A model generated the notes under the pieces. It made no database searches, had not been told where the DNA came from, and saw only the letters and a program-made list of their open reading frames with translations. Below are positions 51,494 to 61,626 of a stretch of 64,000 bases of DNA, one piece after another. Positions within the stretch are counted from its first letter, which is position 1, and every line of letters starts with the position of its first letter. Made by a program: the position numbers and the translations under genes. Source of the stretch: Sediminibacterium sp. (GTDB taxonomy: Bacteria; Bacteroidota; Bacteroidia; Chitinophagales; Chitinophagaceae); assembly GCA_049314475.1 (NCBI GenBank), contig JBMOFB010000001.1, positions 3,047 through 67,046 on the forward strand, given 5' to 3'.

Positions 51494-52504
51494 ATGATGG
51501 ATATCAATCATTTCAATCAATTATTTGAAGGATTTGCTACCACTAAAATTGGGGTAGTAGGCGATATCATGTTGGATACCTATTGGTGGGGTAGTGTAGA
51601 TCGTATTTCACCCGAAGCTCCCGTGCCGATTGTGTCCCTTCAACGTAAGGAAACAAGGGTAGGTGGCGCAGCCAATGTAGCATTGAATTTAAGGGCTTTA
51701 GGCGCACCAACGACATTGTTTGCTCTAGTTGGTAAAGACACAGAGGGGGATGAATTAAATACGCTTTTAAAAGCAGAGGGGATCGATACGCAATACATTC
51801 ATTCAAGTGCGTCTAGGGTGACGACTAATAAAGTGAGGATCATGGGACGTAATCAGCAAATGATGCGTTTAGACCATGAAAACACCCACGACATAAATGA
51901 GACAGAGTCAAAAGTAATCTTAGATCATTTTTACGCCTACGTAGAAAAAGAACAACCCGCACTCATTATTTTAGAGGATTACAATAAAGGTGTTTTAACT
52001 CCAGAAATCATTCAATCGATTATAGCATTTTGCAATCAAAAAGACATTCCAACAGCGGTGGATCCAAAGCAAAAGAATTTCTTAGCATATCAACATTGTA
52101 CGCTCTTTAAACCTAATTTAAAAGAAGTAAAAGAGGGCTTAAAAATGGAGATACCAAAAGTGGATCTTGCAAACATGCATCAAGTGCACCAAGCATTAAA
52201 AGCAGCATTGAACCATACCATTTCATTTATTACTTTATCGGAGCATGGGGTGTATTATGCGCAAGAAAATAAGGAACAATTAATTCCAACACATATTCGC
52301 AACATTGCAGATGTGAGTGGTGCTGGAGATACGGTGATTGCTGTGGCTTCCTTGGTATATGCCTATTCAAAGGACATGGCATTGGCAGCAGAAATTGCAA
52401 ATATAGCGGGCGGATTGGTTTGTGAGTTAGTGGGTACCGCTCCAATTGACAAAAATGTATTGGCAGCCGAAGTGAAGAAATTATTAGTTACATCCCATTC
52501 GTAG
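51494..52504 (+). CDS. Heptose-7-phosphate kinase (RfaE/HldE domain I, PfkB family)
   Basis: RISPEAPVP, GGAANVA.N, DYNKG, DVSGAGDTV. Confidence 0.9.
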   Translation: MMDINHFNQLFEGFATTKIGVVGDIMLDTYWWGSVDRISPEAPVPIVSLQRKETRVGGAANVALNLRALGAPTTLFALVGKDTEGDELNTLLKAEGIDTQYIHSSASRVTTNKVRIMGRNQQMMRLDHENTHDINETESKVILDHFYAYVEKEQPALIILEDYNKGVLTPEIIQSIIAFCNQKDIPTAVDPKQKNFLAYQHCTLFKPNLKEVKEGLKMEIPKVDLANMHQVHQALKAALNHTISFITLSEHGVYYAQENKEQLIPTHIRNIADVSGAGDTVIAVASLVYAYSKDMALAAEIANIAGGLVCELVGTAPIDKNVLAAEVKKLLVTSHS

Positions 52505-52512
52505 AACAGCGC

Positions 52513-53193
52513 ATGAAAAAAACAGCCATCATCGTAGCCGGCGGAACTGGTCAAAGAATGGGCACCACATTACCTAAACAATTTTTAGAAATTGAAGGGA
52601 AATCTATTTTATTGCACACGGTAACCCAATTTATAGATGCGTTTGCCGATATTGATTTTGTAATTGTATTACCAGCAGATTATATTCAGGAAGGAAAAGA
52701 TTTAATTGCATTAAGTGGTTTAACCCAGCATGTTCAATTTACTGCTGGAGGTGAAACGCGTTTTCAATCGGTTAAAAATGGGTTGGCTCATGTAGCGCCT
52801 GATGCTATTGTGTTTGTGCATGATGCAGTACGTTGCTTGTTAACACCAGCATTGATACAAAGTTGTTATCACCAAGCTTTAGAAAAAGGATCTGCCATAC
52901 CTGCTGTTAGTTCTACAGATTCCATTAGAGTTCTGGAAGGTCAAAAGCATCATGTTGTGAATCGTGAAAATGTGATGATGATTCAGACACCACAAACTTT
53001 CAACGCAGCATCATTAATTAAAGCTTTTGAACAAGCTTATCAACCAGCCTTTACAGACGAAGCCAATGTATTAGAAGCAAGTGGTACAGAAGTTTATTTG
53101 ATTGATGGGGAATATGAAAACATCAAAATTACAAGGCCACTAGACTTAGCGATTGCTGAATATATTTTAGCAAAAAGAGCATCTAAAGATTAG
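52513..53193 (+). CDS. ispD: 2-C-methyl-D-erythritol 4-phosphate cytidylyltransferase
   Basis: AGG.G.RM....PKQFL, HDAVR, QTPQ, NIKIT. Confidence 0.93.
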   Translation: MKKTAIIVAGGTGQRMGTTLPKQFLEIEGKSILLHTVTQFIDAFADIDFVIVLPADYIQEGKDLIALSGLTQHVQFTAGGETRFQSVKNGLAHVAPDAIVFVHDAVRCLLTPALIQSCYHQALEKGSAIPAVSSTDSIRVLEGQKHHVVNRENVMMIQTPQTFNAASLIKAFEQAYQPAFTDEANVLEASGTEVYLIDGEYENIKITRPLDLAIAEYILAKRASKD

Positions 53194-54179
53194 TCTGCCG
53201 ACTGATTCACGACCGAGGCGGACTTACTTATTTTGTCCAATATTTGATGCGCCACTTCCATTGCTAAGTAACCATCAATTTCATTCACCACAGTAGGTCC
53301 GTCATTTTCTATTGCTTCAACAAAACTAGTCAACTCACTTAAGATGGCATTCCCTTCTTCTATTACAGGATTAGAGATAGAAATGGTTTTAGTGCCTTGG
53401 TGTGTTTCTATGTCAAAAGAAAAGGCATCCGCCTCGTCAGGTAATTTTAACCTGATGATTTCTGTATTTTTCTCCAAAAAGTCAATACCGATATAAGCAT
53501 CTTTTTGAAAGAGTCTAATCTTACGCATTTTTTTCATACTGATTCTGCTGCTTGTTAGATTCGCTACACAACCATTGTTGAATTCTATACGCACGTTGGC
53601 AATATCAGGTGTATCAGTTAAAACAGCCACACCACTTGCCGAAATATTTTTTACGTCACTCTTTACAATACTTAATATAATATCAATATCATGAATCATT
53701 AAATCCAAAATCACACTCACTTCGGTTCCTCTTGGATTGAATTGTGCCAAGCGATGTACTTCGATAAAGAGGGGGTTTAATGTTTCGTTTTTCAATGCAG
53801 TAAATGCAGGGTTGAACCTTTCCACATGACCCACTTGCAATTTTACATTGGCCTCTTTAACCATATGCATGATTTTCTTACCTTCTTCGATGGTGTTGGC
53901 CATGGGCTTTTCTACAAATACATGTTTGCCCATTTTAATGGCTAATTCACAAACCGGAAAATGCAAATGCGTAGGAGTGACCACATCAATGGCATCTACA
54001 GCGGCAATTAATTCGGCTTCATTCATAAATCTTTTAATACCATAGGTTTTTTCTATTTCGGTAGCAGCTTCTTCGTTTGGGTCAAAAAAACCAACTATTT
54101 CTACGGTTGGAATCTGTTTCCAGTTATTCAAGTGAAATTTTCCTAAATGCCCCACACCAAAAACACCTACTTTAAGCAT
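53190..54179 (-). CDS. Gfo/Idh/MocA oxidoreductase (GnnA-like)
   Basis: GVGHLG, EKP, GHVERFNPA, LDLMIHDID. Confidence 0.9.
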   Translation of the reverse strand: MLKVGVFGVGHLGKFHLNNWKQIPTVEIVGFFDPNEEAATEIEKTYGIKRFMNEAELIAAVDAIDVVTPTHLHFPVCELAIKMGKHVFVEKPMANTIEEGKKIMHMVKEANVKLQVGHVERFNPAFTALKNETLNPLFIEVHRLAQFNPRGTEVSVILDLMIHDIDIILSIVKSDVKNISASGVAVLTDTPDIANVRIEFNNGCVANLTSSRISMKKMRKIRLFQKDAYIGIDFLEKNTEIIRLKLPDEADAFSFDIETHQGTKTISISNPVIEEGNAILSELTSFVEAIENDGPTVVNEIDGYLAMEVAHQILDKISKSASVVNQSAD

Positions 54180-54313
54180 ACAAAATATTTATGAGGCAAA
54201 GTTAAGTGGATTAGGGGGTATAAATGATTGACTTACAAGAGTGTGAAAAACTTTTAACTAGTTTGAATTAAGCCTTGTCTTTAGTATCTTGAGGTGGATA
54301 AACGATCTACCAA

Positions 54314-55513
54314 ATGCATCAAAACATCGAAAATTTAGTGAAGGTTGCTTCAAAGCCAGAACGTATGGTGATTGGATTAATGAGTGGGACTTCGATGGAT
54401 GGATTAGATATTGCATTGTGTTCCATTACAGGGTCTGGAAGGGGTACCAAATTTGAATTAAAAGCCTTTACAACAGTTGCTTATACCAACGATTTCAAAG
54501 AAAAGATTTTAAGTATTTTTTCAAAAGAGATGGTTGCATTGGAAACACTTTGTTTACTCAATGCATGGGTTGGCAAGCAGCATGGAAAGATGGTTTTAGA
54601 TGCTTTGGCTTTATGGAAGATTGAGCCAAAAGCGGTAGACATGATTGCTAGTCATGGACAAACCATCTACCACGCACCAAAATCTTTACATCCTAATTCT
54701 GAATATGATCCTGCGACTTTACAAATTGGAGATGGGGATCATATCGCTGTCACAACAGGCATTTTAACCCTAAGTGATTTTAGACAAAAACATGTTGCAG
54801 CAGGAGGAGAGGGCGCACCATTAGCAGTTTACGGGGATTATCTTTTATGCAGTCATCCAACCGAAAATAGGTTGTTATTAAATATGGGTGGAATAGCCAA
54901 TTTCACCTATTTAGCTGCAGGCTGTAATTTAGATCAAGTATTTTCAACAGATACAGGCACCGGTAATACCTTAATGGATGCCTATACAAGAACGCATTTT
55001 GCACCATTGGCTTATGACAAAGACGGTGCAATTGCAGCTGCTGGAAAAATCAATGAAGCTTTATTATCCGAATTAAAAGCACACTCATTTTTTTCTTTAG
55101 CATTGCCAAAAACAATTGGTCCAGAATTATTTAATTTAGATTTTTTAGCTAAAGCACAAACTACGAGTAATACATTAGACTTGTCGCCACAAGATGTGCT
55201 GGCTACTTTGAATCGTTTTTCTGCAGAAACCATTGCAGACTGCATTCAATCTAGTATTCCTACGGGAACTAAATTCAATATGTATAGCAGTGGAGGAGGG
55301 ATGCACAATCCTGTGCTAATGGGCCATTTCAAGACTTTATTACCTAATGCAACTTTATATTCTTCCGAATTTTTAGGCATCAACCCAGATGCAAAGGAAG
55401 CTATCTTGTTTGCCTTGCTTGCCAATGAAGCAATTGCTGGAACGCCATTATTTGCTGGAGGACATGCCACTAAAATTCCGATCACTATGGGGAAGGTAAG
55501 TTTCCCTTTGTAA
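54314..55513 (+). CDS. anmK: Anhydro-N-acetylmuramic acid kinase
   Basis: GLMSGTSMDG.D, SHGQT..H, DFR...AGGEGAPL, N.GGIAN, KEA..FA. Confidence 0.95.
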   Translation: MHQNIENLVKVASKPERMVIGLMSGTSMDGLDIALCSITGSGRGTKFELKAFTTVAYTNDFKEKILSIFSKEMVALETLCLLNAWVGKQHGKMVLDALALWKIEPKAVDMIASHGQTIYHAPKSLHPNSEYDPATLQIGDGDHIAVTTGILTLSDFRQKHVAAGGEGAPLAVYGDYLLCSHPTENRLLLNMGGIANFTYLAAGCNLDQVFSTDTGTGNTLMDAYTRTHFAPLAYDKDGAIAAAGKINEALLSELKAHSFFSLALPKTIGPELFNLDFLAKAQTTSNTLDLSPQDVLATLNRFSAETIADCIQSSIPTGTKFNMYSSGGGMHNPVLMGHFKTLLPNATLYSSEFLGINPDAKEAILFALLANEAIAGTPLFAGGHATKIPITMGKVSFPL

Positions 55514-55520
55514 GTTGTAT

Positions 55521-56345
55521 TTATTTTGATTGATAAGCCTCAATGGATTTTTTCACAGATCCATGTTCGTTTAAAAGTTCAGTTGCTTTTGCTGTATCAA
55601 TTATTTTTAATTCATCCATAATCATTTTTACACCACGATCAAATAATTTTTGATTCGTTAATTGCATATTGACCATTTTATTTCCTTTGATGCGACCCAA
55701 TTTTATCATGACAGCAGTTGAAATCATATTCAGTACCATTTTTTGTGCGGTACCACTTTTCATTCTCGTGCTTCCAGTAATAAATTCAGGACCCACCACC
55801 ACTTCGATAGGGAAGTCGGCATGGGCAGACACTGGACTATTTAAATTACAGCTAATACTTCCTGTAGTAATTTGATGTTGTCTACAAGCTTGAAGTCCAC
55901 CAATCACATAAGGGGTGGTTCCACTTGCAGCAATACCTATTACCACATCTAGCTTGCTAATATTATAGTCCAATAAATCTTTCCATGCTTGATCCATATC
56001 GTCTTCGGCATTTTCAACTGCCTGAAACATGGCTTGGTGTCCTCCTGCTATAATCCCAATCACTAAATCATTGGGTACCCCAAAAGTGGGAGGGCATTCA
56101 CTTGCGTCTACTAAACCTAGTCTGCCACTCGTTCCTGCCCCGATATAGAATAGGCGTCCCCCATTCGATAACTTTCCCACTATTGAGTCTACCAAAGTCT
56201 GAATTGTTGGAATCACTTGTTCAACAGCATAAGCCACTTTTTTGTCTTCTGCATTGATATGTTGCATAATCTCAGTGGTACTGAAATTTTCAATATGATC
56301 ATAGTTAGAATTCGATTCTGTAATACGTATAAATGACTTATCCAT
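55521..56345 (-). CDS. murQ: N-acetylmuramic acid 6-phosphate etherase
   Basis: GAGTSGRLG..DASECPPTFG, GPE..TGSTRMKSGTAQK. Confidence 0.97.
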   Translation of the reverse strand: MDKSFIRITESNSNYDHIENFSTTEIMQHINAEDKKVAYAVEQVIPTIQTLVDSIVGKLSNGGRLFYIGAGTSGRLGLVDASECPPTFGVPNDLVIGIIAGGHQAMFQAVENAEDDMDQAWKDLLDYNISKLDVVIGIAASGTTPYVIGGLQACRQHQITTGSISCNLNSPVSAHADFPIEVVVGPEFITGSTRMKSGTAQKMVLNMISTAVMIKLGRIKGNKMVNMQLTNQKLFDRGVKMIMDELKIIDTAKATELLNEHGSVKKSIEAYQSK

Positions 56346-56361
56346 TCAATTCTTTTTTTAA

Positions 56362-57654
56362 TTAAAAACTAGGGTCTGACGGTGTATTTGGATTGCCATC
56401 TCTTTCTCTAAATGGATAAGGGAAAAAGTTTCTCTTTCTTTCAGTAAGAGGTCTTCCAAAACGACGCATGTCTTCTAGTTTTAAACCTGACATATACAAT
56501 TCGATACATCTGTTTTTGTAAATTTCTTCTAAAATTTCTGTAGATGTACTTGCTGTAGAAGCAGACAATCCAGCACCAACTCTGTATATATCTGCAGTAG
56601 CAGTTTTAGTAATAACTTTATTTAACTCAGCCAATGCACCCGTTAAATTATTTGTTCTTGCCATTGCTTCAGCTTTGATAAGCATGATTTCACCTGGTAA
56701 GTAAATAGGGATAGCAGTGGTAGTACTGTTATAAAATCCATTGATTCTGTATCTTGGAGCAATAGTTGCATTGATTGAAGTGTAAAATGCAATACGACCA
56801 TCTGTTAATGCAGGCGCTAATGTTGCTGGTAATCCTAAAGTAGAATCAATTGCTTGGAATACATTATTCGTTGCAGTTGCAGTTGTGAAGATTGGATTTG
56901 TACTAATTGCATCATAGTTGAAAGTAGATCTCTTAGTAAGGTCTACTAAATTTGCTGCCGTTAGCGCATCTGCATTTTTACCAGTGTACAATAAATACCT
57001 TGCTTTAAGTGCATTTAAAGTATTCACGTAATCAATTCCAGGAGTAGCATCAGATAAATAGGTAGCACTCACAGGTGTAGAACTAAGGGTACTTAAAGCA
57101 CTATTGATTGTGGCAATAGCAGCATCATATCCTTCCATTCTGCCTCTGAACTTTACTTGAGAACCTATGCCCTCTGGTACTTGTTCCCAAAACATAGAAA
57201 GTGTTCCCATTGCCAATGCTTTTAAGATAGATGCATGTGCAATTAAACCACTTGCATAGCCTTTGTCATTTACATTAGCAGCAGCAGCAAGCACTGTATT
57301 CGCATCATAGATCACTTTATTAGAGTTGGTCCAAATATTCGCTAAAACAGTATTGGTATTATCTACCGTAGTTCCACCTCTGCTAAATTGAAACTCCGCC
57401 ACATTACCAGCGTTCATTAAAATAACTTCATTGGTTGCAAAACCATTGGCAGTTACCATGCCATAAATAACACTTGCGCCGCCAAAAGAGTAAACCCTTT
57501 GAGCACCAATGTTCACTCCCACTAAACCTCTTGCAGAACTAAACACCTGATCGGTGGTTGGCGCATTCGGGTTTGGGAACTCTTTCTTACAACTAGCAAG
57601 GGACAGTATCCCCAGTAAGAAAGCGAATTGATATATATATTGTATCTTTTTCAT
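56362..57654 (-). CDS. SusD/RagB family outer-membrane lipoprotein
   Basis: Lipobox LAS-C, ALKARY.LY, E..L.KAEA, R..EL...G....D.RR; follows susC. Confidence 0.9.
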   Translation of the reverse strand: MKKIQYIYQFAFLLGILSLASCKKEFPNPNAPTTDQVFSSARGLVGVNIGAQRVYSFGGASVIYGMVTANGFATNEVILMNAGNVAEFQFSRGGTTVDNTNTVLANIWTNSNKVIYDANTVLAAAANVNDKGYASGLIAHASILKALAMGTLSMFWEQVPEGIGSQVKFRGRMEGYDAAIATINSALSTLSSTPVSATYLSDATPGIDYVNTLNALKARYLLYTGKNADALTAANLVDLTKRSTFNYDAISTNPIFTTATATNNVFQAIDSTLGLPATLAPALTDGRIAFYTSINATIAPRYRINGFYNSTTTAIPIYLPGEIMLIKAEAMARTNNLTGALAELNKVITKTATADIYRVGAGLSASTASTSTEILEEIYKNRCIELYMSGLKLEDMRRFGRPLTERKRNFFPYPFRERDGNPNTPSDPSF

Positions 57655-57679
57655 TTTTCTTGATTTATTGGATTAAAGA

Positions 57680-60600
57680 TTAAAAATCAGCTTTGATACC
57701 AAAACTGAAAGTACGAGGGATAGGTGTAGCACCAAAGTCGATACCTCTTAACAAAGTGCTTTGACCACCAGAGTTAACTTCTGGATCGTATCCATTGTAA
57801 TTATCCCATGAAATAAGATTTCTTCCGCTAAAATTAATGCTAAGGTTATTGATGAATTTTAATTTACCAACATTATAACTCAAAGATAATTCACGCAATT
57901 TCACAAATGAACCATCATCCACTCTCCATTCTTCGATTGCATAAATACCACTAATATAACCTCTTGGTAGAATTCCTCTTTGCTCTTGTTCAGCAACTTT
58001 ACCATTACCAACCCCTTGTCTAGTTCTGAAATCGGCATTGAATACATCTACACCTTGAACCGCATCTAATTGAGCACGGAAATTCCATTTCTTGTAACTT
58101 ACCTCATTCACTAAACTTGCTGTGTAATCTGGATTAGGATCTCCGATCACTCTTCTTAATACACTACCAGAATTATTTAAATTTTCGGTAGGATTCAATA
58201 CACTAGTTTGAGTGCCTCTTGCAGTTTGAGGAATATTTCCTGCATTCACAATAAAAGTACCATCTGCATTTCTAGCAAAATAAGTACCATAAAAAATACC
58301 GATTGGTTGACCTTCAACAATACCAATTGGTGTACCAGAGTTTGTAGAGAATAGGGTTAAAGCTTGTCCAATTTTAGTTGCTTTGTTTCTATTTCTATTA
58401 TAAATAGTCGTCATCTCCCATTTCAAATCTTTATTTTGAACTGGAACTAAGGTTAACATCACCTCATAACCTCTGTTTTCTAAAGCGCCAAAATTGTCTA
58501 ACAAACTAGCAAAACCATTGGTTGGAGCTAATTGTCTGTTGATTAATAAATCGGTTACTTTTTTATTGTACACGTTTACTGTTAATCCAATTCTGTTATT
58601 TAACATACCTAAATCAAGACCATATTCAATCTCTGATTGTCTTTCTGGTTTTACATTTTCATTGGCAAGTGTTGAACTTGAATTCAATGCACTTCTACCT
58701 AAGAAAGAGTTAGAACTATAAGTATTGAATCTTGAATAAGCACCAATACCAGTTAAGTTTCCACTTTCACCATAAGCCAATCTAATTTTCACTAAATCAA
58801 ATGCTTTAGCAATAGCTAATTCATTCCAAAAATCAGTACTAGAAATTACATAACTCGCACTTGCTTTAGAATAAATTTGGTTACGTTGGTTCGCACCAAA
58901 CACACTAGATGCATCACGACGAACAGCACCTGTTAAGAAAAATTGATTCTTTAACTTAAAGTTTTGTTGGATGTATACACCAGAAATTGAAATTTCACTA
59001 CGATCATCTACACCAGGTAATGGGGTAGAAGCTCCGTTTACTGTTTCAATGAAAGGCGCAAAACCTCTACCTTGAATTAAAGCGTAGTTGCTTTTTTCAT
59101 ACTGTTGAGAAAAACCAACCTGAGTAGTTGAGTTAAAATCTTTCGCAATTTCTACTGTATAATTTCCAGTTAAATCGTGGTTGATTTGGAAGAAATTATT
59201 ATTACCAACACTTGAGTAGCCATTTTGTGTAGGGTCTAAAGTTGCTCCACCACCAAAGAAACCTGGACTTGCATTGTATGCAAATGGAGGAATATAAGTC
59301 GTTCCGCTTTGTGCATAATTATCAATACCCATTAAGTAGTCAAAAGTCAAGCCTTTTGCAGCTTTCATTTTCATTCCAAAGCTTCCAATCAAACGATTTG
59401 TTGTTTGTCTTTGTTTGATATCTTCTATAACTGATACAGGGTTTACTCTACCTCTTTCACCAACTGCTTTGATATTACCATTGGCATCTCTTGTCCATAT
59501 ATCATGGAAGTTACCAATGATGGTCACCGAGTTAGTAGGAGAGAAGAATGATTGTCCATCAGGCTTTTCATTCGCAGATGAATTGGTATAGTTTAAACCT
59601 AAATTCATACTCAACCACTTATTGATCACTTGATCAATATTTGATCTGAAGCTAAATCTTTGAAAATCTGTATTTTGGATGATACCTTGATTGTAAAAAT
59701 AAGATCCACCAAAATAGTATTTTGTTTTATCATTTCCACCACTCACCGAAACCGTATTATCGGTACCAGAAGCATTGCGGAAAATATAATCTTGATAGTC
59801 ATAACGCGTTACACTAGTTGTATTAGTTGCAGCTGGCGTTAAGATATCTTGCGTCAATGCACCTGGACCATCTGTTGGTCCACCGAATTTAACTGGAGAA
59901 TTATTAACGTCTAATTTTTTTCTTAGATTGCTATTCATGTAAGTAGTTGAGAAACTTACTTTAGCTGCACCAGACTTACCTCTTTTTGTGAAAATTTGAA
60001 TTACACCAGCATTCGCTCTACTACCATAAGTAGCAGCCGCTGCAGCACCATTCAAAACCTCAATTCTTTCGATATCGGCAGGGTTAATATCCACCATTCT
60101 GTTTTGACCAATGCTACCAACGAAATTACCACCATCGTAGTTGCTCGAAGTATTGGTAACTCTATTGGTTGCGTTATTAATGATGACTCCATCAACAATG
60201 TACAAAGGCTCAGAAGAAGAAAGTACAGAACTGATACCTCTTAAACGAACTGACATACCACCAGCAGGATCTCCACTGTTTTGTATAATTTGCGCACCTG
60301 CAGTTTTACCTTGTAAAGCCGCTAACACGTTTCCTGTAGCGCCTTTAGTTAATTCATCTGCATTGACACTGCTAATATAGCTTCCTAATTGACGCTTAGT
60401 TGTTCCTGCAGATGTACCTGTAACAACAACTTCATCTAGTTTTGAATATTGTTCTGTTAAAACAATGTTCAATCCAGTAGCCATTTTGCTAGGATCCACA
60501 TTCAACTCTTGTGTCTTAAATCCAACTCCGCTTGCTACTAATGTAACTGCATTGTTGTTATTTAATTTTAAAGAGAAGCCACCCACGTTATCAGAAGTGG

Positions 60601-60781
60601 CACCATTACGTGTTCCTTTGATAACAATTGAAATCCCTTCAATTCCGCTGTTGTCTTTTTGATTCGATACTTTACCGCTAACAATAGTTTGGGCAATCGT
60701 GTCGATACAAAAACCAGACAGCAAAACCAAAACCATCATAAGCTTTGCTATATAAAGCTTGCTTGTTTTTTTTAGTCTCAT
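57680..60781 (-). CDS. SusC/RagA family TonB-dependent transporter
   Basis: LDEVVVTG, PLYIVDG, DINP.DIE.IEVL.GAAA.A.YGSRA.AGVI, L.NENVKPE, terminal Phe. Confidence 0.96.
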   Translation of the reverse strand: MRLKKTSKLYIAKLMMVLVLLSGFCIDTIAQTIVSGKVSNQKDNSGIEGISIVIKGTRNGATSDNVGGFSLKLNNNNAVTLVASGVGFKTQELNVDPSKMATGLNIVLTEQYSKLDEVVVTGTSAGTTKRQLGSYISSVNADELTKGATGNVLAALQGKTAGAQIIQNSGDPAGGMSVRLRGISSVLSSSEPLYIVDGVIINNATNRVTNTSSNYDGGNFVGSIGQNRMVDINPADIERIEVLNGAAAAATYGSRANAGVIQIFTKRGKSGAAKVSFSTTYMNSNLRKKLDVNNSPVKFGGPTDGPGALTQDILTPAATNTTSVTRYDYQDYIFRNASGTDNTVSVSGGNDKTKYYFGGSYFYNQGIIQNTDFQRFSFRSNIDQVINKWLSMNLGLNYTNSSANEKPDGQSFFSPTNSVTIIGNFHDIWTRDANGNIKAVGERGRVNPVSVIEDIKQRQTTNRLIGSFGMKMKAAKGLTFDYLMGIDNYAQSGTTYIPPFAYNASPGFFGGGATLDPTQNGYSSVGNNNFFQINHDLTGNYTVEIAKDFNSTTQVGFSQQYEKSNYALIQGRGFAPFIETVNGASTPLPGVDDRSEISISGVYIQQNFKLKNQFFLTGAVRRDASSVFGANQRNQIYSKASASYVISSTDFWNELAIAKAFDLVKIRLAYGESGNLTGIGAYSRFNTYSSNSFLGRSALNSSSTLANENVKPERQSEIEYGLDLGMLNNRIGLTVNVYNKKVTDLLINRQLAPTNGFASLLDNFGALENRGYEVMLTLVPVQNKDLKWEMTTIYNRNRNKATKIGQALTLFSTNSGTPIGIVEGQPIGIFYGTYFARNADGTFIVNAGNIPQTARGTQTSVLNPTENLNNSGSVLRRVIGDPNPDYTASLVNEVSYKKWNFRAQLDAVQGVDVFNADFRTRQGVGNGKVAEQEQRGILPRGYISGIYAIEEWRVDDGSFVKLRELSLSYNVGKLKFINNLSINFSGRNLISWDNYNGYDPEVNSGGQSTLLRGIDFGATPIPRTFSFGIKADF

Positions 60782-60796
60782 AACTGATTTTTTTTA

Positions 60797-61543
60797 TTAA
60801 TAAATGGTTAATCCCTTGTGTTTAAATGGCAACAGTCTTGAATCATTGGGGTCCAATTCTGTAATTAAAATATCAATCTCATCTAGATTGGCTACTTTAA
60901 TTTTTTGCTGAGAATTTAACTTCTCAGAAATGCCGATGCAAATTGTTTTTTTGGAAGCTTTGATCATTGCCTTTTTAATTTGAACTACTTCCCAGTCGTT
61001 TTCACTGAGTCCAAATTGAGTGTCTAAAGAATTGATACCTAGAATACACAAATCTGCTTGTATGGATTCGATGGTTTGCACTGCACTGGCGCCCGTGGTC
61101 AACATGGAATCTTTAGAAACCTTATCCCCAATCATCACAACTTCGATACTAGGGTGGTGTGCAAATTCAATAGCAGCATTAAGGCTACAAGTAAAAAAAG
61201 TAGCGTTTAAATTTGGGTCTAATGATTTCGCAAATTCTAAAATAGATGTTCCACCTGATGTTAAAATATACATACCACTTTGAACCAGTGCGGCAGTTTT
61301 TTGTGCGATGATATTCTTTTCCTCTAAATTGTACACCATCTTTCTGTCAAATGCAGTATGGAATGATTTGCTTAGGGCACCGCCATGTACTTTAATCAAT
61401 TTGTCTTCCTGCGCTAGTTCTTGTAAATCTCTTCGGATGGTGTCATCCGATACGCTCATCATATGACTCAAATCCGCACATAAAATTTTATTATGCAAGT
61501 TTAATTGGTGTAAAATGAACTCTTGACGTTCTTTTTTCAGCAT
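60797..61543 (-). CDS. DeoR/GlpR family transcriptional regulator
   Basis: VS.DTIRRDL..L, KVHGGA, sugar-phosphate sensor domain. Confidence 0.95.
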   Translation of the reverse strand: MLKKERQEFILHQLNLHNKILCADLSHMMSVSDDTIRRDLQELAQEDKLIKVHGGALSKSFHTAFDRKMVYNLEEKNIIAQKTAALVQSGMYILTSGGTSILEFAKSLDPNLNATFFTCSLNAAIEFAHHPSIEVVMIGDKVSKDSMLTTGASAVQTIESIQADLCILGINSLDTQFGLSENDWEVVQIKKAMIKASKKTICIGISEKLNSQQKIKVANLDEIDILITELDPNDSRLLPFKHKGLTIY

Positions 61544-61626
61544 TATGCGGTTATTAGGTAATTAAATTAGGCAAAATACCGCAAATACGAACGAATGTTA
61601 ATAAATTATGACCAAATTGTTAAGTA

